Shown: positions 12,711 to 29,467, numbered from the stretch's first letter. The stretch: DNA of 64,000 nucleotides from Eledone cirrhosa (GCA_964016885.1 OZ024749.1:10354001-10418000); one strand, 5' to 3'. Program-made: numbers and translations. The notes: generated from the sequence alone by a model not told the origin.

Positions 12711-12738
12711 CTAGCAAAGTTTGGACATATAATTTATA

Positions 12739-14096
12739 ATCATCATCATCGTTTAACGTCCATGTTCCATGCTTGCATGGGTTTGGACGGGAGTTTTCCC
12801 ACTTGAGGCAAGAGTGGTTGTCTTGCTCGCATGGGACTGTCTGGCGGATTTTCTACAGCTGGATGCCCTTCCTAACACCAACCACATTTACAGTGTGGGA
12901 CTGGGAGGTTTTTACCGTGTTGCCTACACGGCCACATTACAGCGTGGACTGTGTGTTTTTTTGTCGTGACACCTACACGATCTCATTTGTTTCGGCCTGG
13001 ATGTTGTGGCACCAACATAACTTTACATTGAAAGGGGTGGTGTGGATGGGGTGGGGGTGGTGGGACGGGGGTGTATTTTGTTAGAGGTGCCTACTGACTG
13101 TAGTAGGTTTTACTTTGTATTTAGGTAAGGCGGGTCTTCTCTATTACTAAGTACCGCCAAAGATCTCGGTTCAGTGACATTGTCTTGGAGAGGTGTAAGT
13201 GTGTGAGGTCGGAATTTATCAGGTCGTCCCAGGTTTTTCTGGGTCTGCCTACTCCGTGGCTACCGTCTATCTTTATTGCCCTGCACTTTTTATACAGCTG
13301 TCGTCTTTCATGCGCATCACGTGACCATACCAACGTAGCCTTCTCTCGAGTAAACAACATCTGATCCCTCTTATTTCTAATTTTTCCTTTAGTTCGTTTA
13401 TGCTTTGCCGTTCACGTATATTACTATTACACATCCAGCGGAGCATGCAAGCTTCGTTCTTCTCTAGTCTGCGTATATCCTCTGCACACAATGTCCAGGT
13501 CTCACTGCCATGCAACATTGCTGTTCGTATGCAGGCATTATACAACCTGCCTTTCATTTTTAGGGAGAACTCTTTAGCGGCTAATAGTGGTATAAGCTCT
13601 CTGAACTTTTTCCATCCAGTTCTGACTCTAGCTACTGTACTTTCAGAGCACCCTCCCCCACTGTTGATTTTGTCACCCAGGTAACGGAAGCTGTCCACTA
13701 TTTCTATAGAACCCTCTGCGCAATTGAAAGAGCTAGTATTTTGTGGGCACTTGCTGCTACTTATTGCACCAGAGCACCGGCCACATGTAAAATCTATGTT
13801 TTTAGTTAGCTTACCTGTCATCCCACTACATCTTTTATGCACCCATACTTTGCATTTGGGACATAAAATGGAGTTTCTACCTACGCCTTTCCTACACACT
13901 GAGCATGGCCACTTCCCGGAAGGGACCGGCGCCTTATTTTCTTTCCTACAAACTAGAACTTTAGTCTTAGACAAGTTAATTTTAAGGCCTTTTGATTCTA
14001 GGCCGTGCTTCCATGTTTGGAATTTCTTCTCTAGCTCGGCCATTGATTCAGCTATGAGCGTTAGATCATCTGAGTATAGGAGTTCCCATGGGCAGC
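12739..14096 (-). mobile_element. RTE-clade LINE (family A), 5'-truncated
   Basis: [24 protein letters not shown]; frameshift ~13285; 3' UTR ends in (GAT)n. Confidence 0.92.
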
Positions 14097-16404
<2,308 letters not shown>

Positions 16405-17103
16405 GTCAGGTCACTAGTTGGTGCTACTGGTAACATGTATCCCAGTACAACCTGTCTCATGGTCGGGTCGTTGGCGACTAAACTGGCAACCCCACCAAGG
16501 TTTCTTGGTGAGGAGGGTGACTTTGGACATCCTGCAGGACTAAAAACAAAACCTGTCAAAGGGCAAAGGAGCTCTTAAGAGTCAATGGCCATCCAAAATC
16601 ACCGGGAGAGATGACCCCTTAGCCTTTGTCAAGGCAGAATTCTAGGAGAAGGAAAACTCTGATATAACACCTGCAACTCTGATGGTATCCAATGATGTTG
16701 ACTTGTTCTTCTTTTTGGTAAATATCATCTTGGTTAAGAGAGTGGGACTGGCTTTGTGCAGTGCCTTTGCTCACTATAAAAGCTTCACGGCACAGGCATT
16801 GCTTTATATCTGGAGATCTCTCTGCACTTGTCGTCACATGGTACCATGGGCCCAGCACTATGTGTCAATAATTGTCACAAGTGTAGTGTTTGTACCAGAG
16901 TTTTCAAGTCGCTGGCTGGACTAAAAAGTCACACTCGTTCAGCGCATTGGTAGGGGTTCTCCTACATGGATATAAAGTAGTGGCCGTACTCGAAAACGAG
17001 TTGGCAGCCACCATATATATATGTATATATATATGTATATATATATGTATATATATATATATGTATATATATATGTATATATATATGTATATATATATAT
17101 ATG

Positions 17104-17371
17104 TAACTTTGAAATGTTTTGGCCAGTATTGGCCCAGGCCATGTCTAACTTAATAGCACCACCTGGCGAAGTCTTTCAATTCAGGATTTGGGCACCATGG
17201 CCCATTCGAGAAGAGAATTACTGTTTGCGGAGACATATCCGGGTGTGGGTGGTTTGTCCGGGATTACTTGGAGGAATTTGTCCAAAGACTTCTTGAATTT
17301 TGTGTGGTCAGTTTCTGTTTTGACGTGTCCTGGTGTGATGTTGAAGAGAGCAGGGCCGATTGAGGTGAAAT
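17104..17371 (-). mobile_element. CR1-type LINE 3' fragment (family 1)
   Basis: [27 protein letters not shown]; near-identical to 39400-39671; flanked by (TA)n. Confidence 0.88.
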
Positions 17372-18350
<979 letters not shown>

Positions 18351-18351
18351 T

Positions 18352-18517
18352 ATCATCATCATCCTTTTACGTCCGCTTTTCCCTGCTTGCAAGGGTGGGA
18401 CGGGTCTTATTCAGCACAGCATCTCTCAACTCGTCACGGTCCCTTGTCATCTCCACCGTGAGCTTCAATGATCTGAGGTCTGTTCTCACCACCTCCGCCC
18501 ATGTTTTTCGTGGTCTA
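18352..18517 (-). mobile_element. Short RTE 3' end (family C-like)
   Basis: [26 protein letters not shown] plus (GAT)n; matches the 7170-7220 end. Confidence 0.8.
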
Positions 18518-18549
<32 letters not shown>

Positions 18550-18554
<5 letters not shown>

Positions 18555-19573
18555 GCCCACAAAATACTAGCTCTTTCAACTGCGCAGATGACTCTATAGA
18601 AATAGTGGACAGCTTCCGATACCTGGGTGACAAAATCAGCAGTGGGGGAGGGTGCTCTGAAAGTACAGTAGCTAGAGTCAGAACTGGATGGAAAAAGTTC
18701 AGAGAGCTTATACCACTATTGGCTGTTAAAGGGTTCTCCCTAAAAATGAAAGGCAGGTTGTATGATGCCTGCATACGAACAGCAATGTTGCATGGCAGTG
18801 AGACCTGGGCATTGTGTGCAGAGGATATACGCAGACTAGAGAGGAACGAAGCTTGCATGCTCCGCTGGATGTGTAATAGTAATATACGTTAACGGCAAAG
18901 CATAAACGAACTAAGGAAAAAATTAGAAATAAGAGGGATCAGATGTTGTTTACTCCAGATGTTGTTTACTCGAGAGAAGGCTACATTGGTATGGTCACGT
19001 GATGCGCATGAAAGTCGATAGCTGTATAACAAAGTGCAGGGCAATAAAGATAGACGGTAGCCACGGAATAGGCAGACCTAGAAAAACCTGGGACGAGCTG
19101 ATAAACTCCGACCTCACACACTTACACCTCTCCAAGACAATGTCACTGGACCGAGACCTTTGGCGGTACTCAGTAATAGAGAAGACCCGCCTTACCTAAA
19201 TACAAAGTAAAACCTACTACAGTCAGTAGGCATCTCTAACAAAATACACCCCCCACCCCACCCCATCCACACCGCCCCCTTCTATGTAAAGTTATGTTGG
19301 TCCCACACCATCCAGGCCGAAACAAATGAGATCGTGTAGGTGTCACGACAAAAAAACACACAGTCCACGCTGTAATGTGGCCGTGTAGGCAACACGGTAA
19401 AAACCTCCCAGACCCACACTGTAAATGTGGTTGGTGTTAGGAAGGGCATCCAACTGTAGAAAACCTGCCAGACAGTCCTATGCGAGCAAGACAATCACTC
19501 TTGCCTCAAGTCGGAAAACCCCCGTCCAAACCCATGCAAGCGTGGAACACGGACGTTAAACGTTGATGATGAT
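18550..19573 (+). mobile_element. RTE-clade LINE (family A), 5'-truncated
   Basis: [16 protein letters not shown]; stop at 18890; 16-nt tandem duplication ~18940-18970; (GAT)n tail. Confidence 0.92.
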
Positions 19574-19587
19574 ATATATATATATAT

Positions 19588-21270
19588 AGCCTGATTGATG
19601 ATGCTTGCAACCAGTTTAGTGCCTACGTCCTCTGATGCCTTCAGCATCTCAGCAACTATTCCCGATGGTCCGGCAGCCTTACCATTTTTCATTTCCCTAA
19701 TCGCCTCTTGGACCCTATATTCGTCAATCTCAAGAGCTGGTCCCTCTTTTGGATCTACTGAGGGTAATTTCTCTCCCTCCCATTCGTTCTCCACATTCAT
19801 CAGTCTCTCATAATGACATTTCCAGGCCTCCTTTTTCTGATCATTCGTGACACTATATCTCAACAACATTCTGATTTGCATTGACACACTGCCTTGCAAT
19901 GTGGAATACCGCACGCCTCTGATCTTCCCGTCATAGAACATTGGCAAACCTCCTACTCTCAGCCTCCCTGCGTGCTAAGTACACCTGACGTATAGCTTCT
20001 CTCTTAGCGGTTGTATATCCTTCTCTACTCCCACCCTTTTTCCAAGCCTTCTTTTGTCTCTAATGGTCTTATCTACTGTGTTGTTCCACCATCAGGTCAC
20101 TCTCTGTCTGGTTGGAGCTCTGCTCCAGCCACAAGTTTCATCAGTAGCCTGCAGTAAGTTGTCACGTAAGAAATTCCAGTTATTATCTATGTCATACAAC
20201 TCTAAATCGTCTTCTTTTTCGTCATACACATCTTGAAGGGCTTTCCTAAATTTGTATTTTAGTGAAAGGTCTTTTAGCTTCCAGACCTTTATTTTCCAGA
20301 CCTTCCTGTATGTCTCATTCCATCTCTTGCTTACTGAAAGATCACTAACAACTAACCTATGCTGTGGGGCATATTCTTCCCCAGGGTATGCTTTGGTATT
20401 TGACACCATCTGCTTCTCCCGCTGCCTAACTAGTAAGAAGTCAATCTGGCTTATGTGCTCGCCTGATTTGTAGGTTATTAGGTGGATGGCAGGTGTCTGG
20501 AAATTAGTGTTGCAAATAGTCAGTGTACTTGCATCACAGAATTCAAGAAGTCTCACTCCTTCTTCATTTCTTGAGCCGTAACCGTGCTCACCATGTACCC
20601 CAGTGTAACCATCCTGGAGCTGTCCAACATGACCATTGAAGTCCCCTGCTAGCATAACGATGTCTCCGTCCTCTGTCATTGCGGTTGTTTTTAAAAGTTG
20701 CTCGTAAAAGCAGTATTTCTCTTCTTTGCCTAGGCCTGCTTGGGGAGCATAGGCAGAGATGATTGTCAGTAGTCTCCTGCCTACAACTAATCTAAGCTTA
20801 ATTATTCGATTACTAACTCGAACTACCTCTATTGTCTTATCGATCCATCTCTCAGCCAGGAAAATGCCTACTCCCCCTAACCCATCATCCTTACCTACCC
20901 AGAAAAGCTTATAGCTAAGACGCTTGCCTACGACTAGTCTCGCAGAGGCACCTCTCCATCTCACCTCTTGCACGCAGCACACATCCACTTGCCTTCTCTC
21001 CAGCTTCTCCGCTATTTCTGCAGATCTACCTGTGAGAGTGCCAACATGAAGTGCTGCAACTCTGAGATGCGACGTCTTCATATTTTTGTTCCTATCTACT
21101 TGTTGCTGTGCTTATAATGGTTTTGGCATTGATACACTGGTTGGATGCCCTTCCTAACACCAGCGCCACTTTACAGCATGGACTGGGTGCTTTTATTTGT
21201 GCCACCAGCACTAGAGAGGATGTCTTACTGGACTCATGGGCCCTCTCTACCCTTCCATTTTATAGCATGG
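19588..21270 (-). mobile_element. RTE-clade LINE 5' part (family D): APE endonuclease and linker, 3'-truncated
   Basis: ORF 20092-21081 VCCVQEVRW..ISAYAPQ..AGDFNGHVG..QIDF..QHRLV; then KAAGPSGIVAEML; ends at a short (TA)n before RT. Confidence 0.9.
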
Positions 21271-21325
21271 TCATAAAAAAAAAAACACCACTATATATAT
21301 ACATTTATAATATATATATATATAT

Positions 21326-22570
21326 AGTATAAAAGAGAAAACACAGGTAAGCATTAAGAGAAGGATTTTATCCAGGCATTTACGACCATTTCATTGGTAA
21401 GTGCAACCTTATATTGCTATACTGCAAATAGCAGCCACTCAATTATAATTGTTGTTCACAGTCCAAATTTTCAAAATAGTAAATTACTCTTGAAATAATT
21501 CTTAATATATAGAGAAAAACATTTATTTGGAATTGTATTTACTAGTATAGAGAGAGAGGAATCTGAAGGTGAGGGGACAAACGGAATAAATAGTATAGAG
21601 AGAGAGGAAGGGGGAAGAGGTAGGAAGTAGAGTGACAAACTGAGATGGAGGGAGTGGTAGAGGTGGAAGGATTCTTTGGTCAGTTTTGATAGCAGACTTC
21701 ATGTCGTGGAATGTAATGAGTTAAAGAGAATTAAATTGATCATAGTGGGAGGGATGGATATGGAGGGGGGGGGGGAGATATAAAGAGATATATATATCTC
21801 TAAGGCGGGTAAAATTCCCAAGATCCATGGACGAGTTCTCTCCAGCGGTCTCTGTCCCTCATTATCGCTGCCATGTCCTGCATCTCCAACAGACCAGTGT
21901 CTGTCCTGAGGGCATCAACATACGTTAACCTTGGTCTTCCTCTTCTAGTGTGTCCATGTAGGGCCCTCTATATATATATTAAAGATAAAGATAATAATGA
22001 CAAAAATAAAAGCAAAGAAGGGGGTGAGAAAGAAGAAAAGAAAAGATAGCCAAGAAGGGGAGGGAAGGAAGGAAGAAAACGAAGAAATAGAAGAGGGAGA
22101 TATATGCATTGGTTTTGTGGGTAATTAAAAGGGTTTAGATACAACAAGAGGGTATAAAGTTTAAGTATATGTAGTTTGTCAGTTGGTAGTAAGAGGTTCG
22201 ATTTGTAGTGCAAATACTAGTAAATATAATTCCAAATAAATGTTTTTCTCTATATATTAAGAATTATTTCAAGAGTGACTTACTATTTTGAAAATTTGGA
22301 CTGTGAACAACAATTATAATTGAGTGGCTGCTATTTGCAGTATAGCAATATAAGGTTGCACTTACCAATGAAACGGTCGTAAATACCTGGATAAAATCCT
22401 TCTCTTAATGCTTACCTGTGTTTTCTCTTTTATACTTTATACTCCAAGGTTGAACGGAATTCTTACAAACTTGTGGAGTTACCCTTAACCGTACGTTGAA
22501 ACCATCTATGAAACTGGCTTTCTTAACCACGAACTGGATCACAATAAGCAATTTTTTGCTTCTCTAACTA
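21326..22570. mobile_element. Unclassified element with ~222-bp inverted arms, bounded by (TA)n (PLE-terminus-like)
   Basis: 21326-21548 is the reverse complement of 22214-22436; its terminal 27 bp recur inverted at 23621-23647. Confidence 0.6.
21800..21965 (-). mobile_element. 3' end of another RTE-type LINE
   Basis: HGHTRRGRPRLTYVDALRTDTG..MRDRDRWRELV. Confidence 0.7.
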
Positions 22571-22581
22571 TATATATACAT

Positions 22582-22625
<44 letters not shown>

Positions 22626-22642
22626 ATCTATATATATATATA

Positions 22643-23604
22643 ATAATAGTGGACAGCTTCCGTTACCTGGGTGACAAAATCAGCAGTGGGGGAGGGTGCT
22701 CTGAAAGTACAGTAGCTAGAGTCAGAACTGGATGGAAAAAGTTCAGAGAGCTTATACCACTATTAGCCACTAAAGGGTTCTCCCTAAAAATGAAAGGCAG
22801 GTTGTATGATGCCTGCATACGAACAGCAATGTTGCATGGCAGTGAGACCTGGGCATTGTGCGCAGAGGATATACGCAGACTAGAGAGGAACGAAGCTTGC
22901 ATGCTCCGCTGGATGTGTAATAGTAACATACGTGAACGGCAAAGCATAAGCGAACTAAGGAAAAAATTAGAAATAAGAGGGATCAGATGTTGTTTACTCG
23001 AGAGAAGGCTACGTTGGTATGGGCACGTGATGCGCATGAAAGACGACAGCTGTATAACAAAGTGCAGTGCAATAAAGATAGACGGTAGCTACGGAGTAGG
23101 CAGACCCAGAAAAACCTGGGACGAGCTGATAAATTCCGACCTCACACACTTACACCTCTCCAAGACAATGTCACTGGACCGAGACCTTTGGCGGTACTCA
23201 GTATTAGAGAAGACCCGCCTTACCTAAATACAAAGTAAAACCTACTAGAGTCAGTAGGCACCTCTAACAAAATACACCCCTGTCCCACCCCATCCACACC
23301 GCCCCTTTCAATGTAAAGTTATGTTGGTGCCACAACATCCAGGCCGAAACAAATGAGATCGTGTAGGTGTCACGATAAAAAAAAACACACAGTCCACGCT
23401 GTAATGTGGCCGTGTAGGCAACACGGTAAAAACCTCCCAGTCCCACACTGTAAATGTGGTTGGTGTTAGGAAGGGCATCCAGCTGTAGAAAACCCGCCAG
23501 ACAGTCCTATGCAAGCAAGACAATCACTCTTGCCTCAAGTGGGAAAACCCCCGTCCAAGCCCATGCAAGCGTGGAACACGAACGTTAAACGTTGATGATG
23601 ATGA
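22643..23604 (+). mobile_element. RTE-clade LINE (family A), 5'-truncated
   Basis: ORF 22649-23227 DSFRYLG..EKTRLT*, 3' UTR, (GAT)n tail. Confidence 0.92.
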
Positions 23605-23642
23605 TATATATATATATATATAGTTAGAGATGCAAAAAATTG

Positions 23643-24080
<438 letters not shown>

Positions 24081-24127
24081 AATAAATAAATAACAAAGAA
24101 CGCTTATAGCATATGCATATCTTTACT

Positions 24128-24173
24128 TGCTAACATTGTTTCATCCGCACTATAAGTGGGACTCATCAGAGCA
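24128..24173 (-). ncRNA. Minimal type-I hammerhead ribozyme motif (family HH-B)
   Basis: Reverse complement of 28849-28894. Confidence 0.8.
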
Positions 24174-24736
24174 TAAAGGTTAATTACATACCATACAAGC
24201 AATAACAAATCCAAGACATTGAAGAATGAAAGGTAATAATAGACGATAGAGGATAAGAATAAAAATAAAAATAAAAATAAAAGTAAAAATAAAAATAAAA
24301 ATAAGGGGTGCTATCAGTCACAGTTGGGCGGGGTGCTGTCAATATATAGTTACATACAAGCATACACATGGATAAGAGAACAGACAAGAGTAGACACATG
24401 GATAAGAGAACAGACAAGAGTAGATAAGATAATGGGATTAGGTAAGAGTAGGTAAAAAATAGGTAAAAAATAGGTGAAAAACAGACTTATAATATATATA
24501 AAAAGAAATACAAAGAAATACATAACAAACTTACATATAAAATATAAAATATAGGGTAAGGAATGAGATAAAATAATATAAAATTAAAAATTAAAAATTA
24601 TATACATAGAACATAATATAGTATAATCGTAAAATAAGATAAAATAAGGTAAACTAAAATCAAATAACATAGACTAAATTAAAATAATATAATATAAGAT
24701 ATAATTAAATGTATAATTAAATGTAATTAAATGTAA

Positions 24737-24768
<32 letters not shown>

Positions 24769-25541
24769 AAATTAAATAAATAAATAAAATTTAAATTTAA
24801 ATTTTAAAATTTTAAAATTAAAATTAAAATTTAAATAAATAAATAAATAAATAAATAAATGGAGTCAAGTAAGTAAATAAATAAAATTAGATAACATGAA
24901 ATGAAATAAAATAAAATGAAATAAAGTAAATTGAGATAAGATATATATTTTTTTAGAATATATCTCTTGAATATATCAGGGGCCCACGAAGGCACTAAAT
25001 GTCACAGTTATGTGTATCACTTGACCAATTTTTTAAAATATATTTCTTGAAAACATCAGGGGCCCACGAAGGCACTAAGTGTCACAGTCACCAGTATCAC
25101 TTGACCATTGCAAGGCAATGGAGGCGTCCCAGGTTGGGCAGTCTCGAAAGTTCACTCGAAAGTCATGGGTGTGCATTCACACAGTTGAGCGGTGGGGTAA
25201 TCACAAACCGGTTCACACACGGGCAGGAGTCAAATGGTCAGAGAGAGGTGCATCGAAGGAGGTAGAAGAATTCACATGCATTAGCAAGCGAGGTGAGGTT
25301 AAAGCAAGCAGACACAGTTGTAGCGCATACAAAATATATATAAAAAGACAGAAGATATATAAAAAAAATAGCTTCAAGAGCCATTAAGTCACTGCATTGG
25401 GACATCACAAGATTGTACACATCAATATGTTCAGCACGTATATGCACGTATACACACCACATGCATATGCAGAGACGGTATACATATATATATATATATG
25501 TTTTTTTATATATACACAGACACATATAACCACCTACACCC

Positions 25542-26693
25542 ATGGTGACTGTGACACTCGACCAATCGCAGGCTGATTACTATAACGACGCCTTAGCTAG
25601 ATCCGGCTTTAGGGACAAATTGTATTACACCCAGGGAAATAATGGTCCTAATAGTAGCTCTACCAGTGTTGTTATAACACATAATATGTCCATTGGTAAT
25701 CGAGGTGTCGCGAATGGGAGGGTTCTAAATGCCGGTGGAATGAAACAGCAGGGCACCATTAGTCTAAGTAATAACAATAGAGGTGTCGTGAACGGGAGGT
25801 TTCTAGATGCCGGTGGAATGAACCAGCAGGGCACCATTGGTATAAGTAATAGCAATGGTGGGCCTCGCAGCTCCCCGCATAGACTAGGTGAGCATAGGAA
25901 CCGTAGAAATAATAATGCTAATAATACTGATGGAAATAGAAAGAATAAAAAGAATAGAAGAAGATTGAATACATACTTCAACCCCCCTTTTAATTCTGAA
26001 GTGGCTACAAATATTCCTAGGGCCTTCTTCTCTGTGCTAGAACGGAACTTCCCTCCTGGTAATAGGTACCACTCTATCCTCAATAAGAATGTTGTTAAAC
26101 TTTCGTATTCTACAACCCAAAATCTGGCCTCTCATCTGGCCATTACTAATAATAAGAAAATAAAGGAAGGCCTGGACAACCTAAGCCTAGGGGAAAACAC
26201 GGTAGTGGATAGAGTGGGCAGTAACACTGGTGGTGATCTTTCTGAGAATAGCATCACCAGAGGTTGTAACTGTAGAAGGGCTTCAGGCTGCCCCCTGAAT
26301 GGTTTCTGCCTTGTTAGAAACATAGTTTATGCGTGTGATGTGGTAACTACGGCGTCCACTATGACCTATATAGGATCAACTTCCACCCCCTTTAAGACCA
26401 GGTTTAACTCTCATCAATGCACTTTTAGACATAATAAACTGAAGAACTCCACCTCCTTGGCAGCGTACGTCCATAATTTAAAAAATGCACGAACACCTTA
26501 CACACTTACTTGGCGGCAGGTTGCTAAATCCCATCCATATACTCCTCATAGTAGAGTATGCAACCTGTACCTTGCCGAATCCCACTCTATTATATTTGCT
26601 AAATGCCCTCTACTAAATAGAAAGTCTGAAATTTTTTCCTCTTGCCCCCACCGAATATTAAGCTCTTTCTTCTACTTTAAACCTGTTAGCTAG
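25542..26693 (+). CDS. C-terminal part of a PLE polyprotein: end of RT thumb, linker, GIY-YIG endonuclease
   Basis: YYNDALARSGF; YFNPPFN..KLSYS; CNCRRASGCPLNGFC; NIVY..TYIGST..FKTRFNSH; CNLYLAE; LLNRKSEIFSSCPHR. No RT core; the ATG lies at the inversion junction. Confidence 0.85.
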   Translation: MVTVTLDQSQADYYNDALARSGFRDKLYYTQGNNGPNSSSTSVVITHNMSIGNRGVANGRVLNAGGMKQQGTISLSNNNRGVVNGRFLDAGGMNQQGTIGISNSNGGPRSSPHRLGEHRNRRNNNANNTDGNRKNKKNRRRLNTYFNPPFNSEVATNIPRAFFSVLERNFPPGNRYHSILNKNVVKLSYSTTQNLASHLAITNNKKIKEGLDNLSLGENTVVDRVGSNTGGDLSENSITRGCNCRRASGCPLNGFCLVRNIVYACDVVTTASTMTYIGSTSTPFKTRFNSHQCTFRHNKLKNSTSLAAYVHNLKNARTPYTLTWRQVAKSHPYTPHSRVCNLYLAESHSIIFAKCPLLNRKSEIFSSCPHRILSSFFYFKPVS

Positions 26694-28848
26694 CACGTCC
26701 TTATTCCTCCAGTTGGGCTGTCTTGTGTAACTGTCTCTGACTGAGTGTAACTGTCTCCTAATGTTGGTCGTCTATGTATACGAGTCTGTGAATGTATACG
26801 TATGCCTGTGGGAGGATATTGATCTTGATATTGGGGTGTGCAGGGGAGTGTATGTTAATAAGCACCCCTGTTTGGTACAGTGGATGTAACCCATCCACGC
26901 TGGCCTACCCACCATTAGTGCATTGGTGGACCTATCCTGACGTATATCTTGTTGATCTGTACCTCTGTATGCGCATGAGTTGTGATGTAATGTATTTATG
27001 TAAAGCGTGTACTGTGATTTAGGCTGCACTAGTAGAAATTTAGCCTGTAACTGGGGGCGGACCCGTGCCATCCTGCCGTAAGCAGTGGATACGTGGCGCA
27101 TATACGTGTTGCCCTCATATTCTGTGGTTCAAGATCTACAGGCTGACCTCTGGGAGCTCTTACCCGGGGTTGTAGTCTTTCTAGCACGATCGGCCTTCCA
27201 TATATTGACGGTCGTTTTTATGATCCCGAAAGTAACGTTTTGGCCCTCCGTAGTTACTAACGGTCTGTGTACACTCGAATCGGTCAATGGCACGTGCAGA
27301 CATGAATATCTCCGTAGGATTTCAACTTTATTTTAATACATCTCATCGTATGTATTTGTTTTGAATATATTACCTGTGGTGGTGGGTCTGGTCTAATGTG
27401 GTATTTCGGTGTTTAATATCGTATTTAATATCGGCTTTGACCCGGGTGTCCTACGCTGTGTGTGTGTGCGTGTGTGTCCGTGTATACATTTATATGTGTA
27501 TGGGTGTAGGTGGTTATATGTGTCTGTGTATATATAAAAAAACATATATATATATATATATGTATACCGTCTCTGCATATGCATGTGGTGTGTATACGTG
27601 CATATACGTGCTGAACATATTGATGTGTACAATCTTGTGATGTCCCAATGCAGTGACTTAATGGCTCTTGAAGCTATTTTTTTTATATATCTTCTGTCTT
27701 TTTATATATATTTTGTATGCGCTACAACTGTGTCTGCTTGCTTTAACCTCACCTCGCTTGCTAATGCATGTGAATTCTTCTACCTCCTTCGATGCACCTC
27801 TCTCTGACCATTTGACTCCTGCCCGTGTGTGAACCGGTTTGTGATTACCCCACCGCTCAACTGTGTGAATGCACACCCATGACTTTCGAGTGAACTTTCG
27901 AGACTGCCCAACCTGGGACGCCTCCATTGCCTTGCAATGGTCAAGTGATACTGGTGACTGTGACACTTAGTGCCTTCGTGGGCCCCTGATGTTTTCAAGA
28001 AATATATTTTAAAAAATTGGTCAAGTGATACACATAACTGTGACATTTAGTGCCTTCGTGGGCCCCTGATATATTCAAGAGATATATTCTAAAAAAATAT
28101 ATATCTTATCTCAATTTACTTTATTTCATTTTATTTTATTTCATTTCATGTTATCTAATTTTATTTATTTACTTACTTGACTCCATTTATTTATTTATTT
28201 ATTTAAATTTAAATTTAAATTTTAATTTTAAAATTTTAAAATTTAAATTTAAATTTTATTTATTTATTTAATTTTTATTTATTTATTTATTTATTTATTT
28301 AATTACATTTAATTACATTTAATTATACATTTAATTATATCTTATATTATATTATTTTAATTTAGTCTATGTTATTTGATTTTAGTTTACCTTATTTTAT
28401 CTTATTTTACGATTATACTATATTATGTTCTATGTATATAATTTTTAATTTTTAATTTTATATTATTTTATCTCATTCCTTACCCTATATTTTATATTTT
28501 ATATGTAAGTTTGTTATGTATTTCTTTGTATTTCTTTTTATATATATTATAAGTCTGTTTTTCACCTATTTTTTACCTACTCTTACCTAATCCCATTATC
28601 TTATCTACTCTTGTCTGTTCTCTTATCCATGTGTCTACTCTTGTCTGTTCTCTTATCCATGTGTATGCTTGTATGTAACTATATGTTGACAGCACCCCGC
28701 CCAACTGTGACTGATAGCACCCCTTATTTTTATTTTTATTTTTACTTTTATTTTTATTTTTATTCTTATCGTCTATCGTCTATTATTACCTTTCATTCTT
28801 CAATGTCTTGGATTTGTTATTGCTTGTATGGTATGTAATTAACCTTTA

Positions 28849-28894
28849 TGCTCTGATGAGTCCCACTTATAGTGCGGATGAAACAATGTTAGCA
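28849..28894 (+). ncRNA. Minimal type-I hammerhead ribozyme motif (family HH-B)
   Basis: tgct CTGATGA gtcc cact tat agtg c ggat GAAA C aat GTT agca. Confidence 0.8.
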
Positions 28895-29036
28895 AGTAAA
28901 GATATGCATATGCTATAAGCGTTCTTTGTTATTTATTTATTATATTACGGCTCTGTCCTCAGACATTGAGCTAACCTCATACTGCCTGCTGGATAAGTGG
29001 AGTGTTATACACCCCTGATCCTTTCCCTAGCATACT

Positions 29037-29110
29037 ATATATATATATATATTTATAATATATATATATATATATATATATTTATAATATATATATATAT
29101 ATATATACAT

Positions 29111-29201
<91 letters not shown>

Positions 29202-29291
29202 AACTCTAACACATATATATCCTAGAAACGATCGTTAAATAATGAACTTTTTTTGTTTAATATAAGGAATTGTTTATTCATTATTTGTTTA

Positions 29292-29322
<31 letters not shown>

Positions 29323-29467
29323 TTATAATATATATATATATATATATATATTTATAATATATATATATATATATATATATTTATAATATATATATATATA
29401 TATATATATTTATAATATATATATATATATATATATATTTATAATATATATATATATATATATATAT

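Larger units (their letters stand above)
12393..12733. repeat. Fold-back pair of HH-A termini around a (TA)n spacer
   Basis: ~12477-12571 and ~12637-12732 are reverse complements; 12393-12571 is also the reverse complement of ~7925-8110. Confidence 0.85.

Noticed and set aside
16405-17011. Possible exon or transposon fragment between TA arrays
   Set aside because: Stops in the frames I translated and no recognisable motif; left unassigned.
22300-22390. Complete hammerhead ending in GAAACGGTC
   Set aside because: No CUGANGA core or stem I partner at the required position.
25542-26900. Selenocysteine recoding/SECIS, as reported for some Naiad PLEs
   Set aside because: No in-frame TGA in the retained ORF, and the Cys positions use TGY codons. 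The missing RT part cannot be judged.
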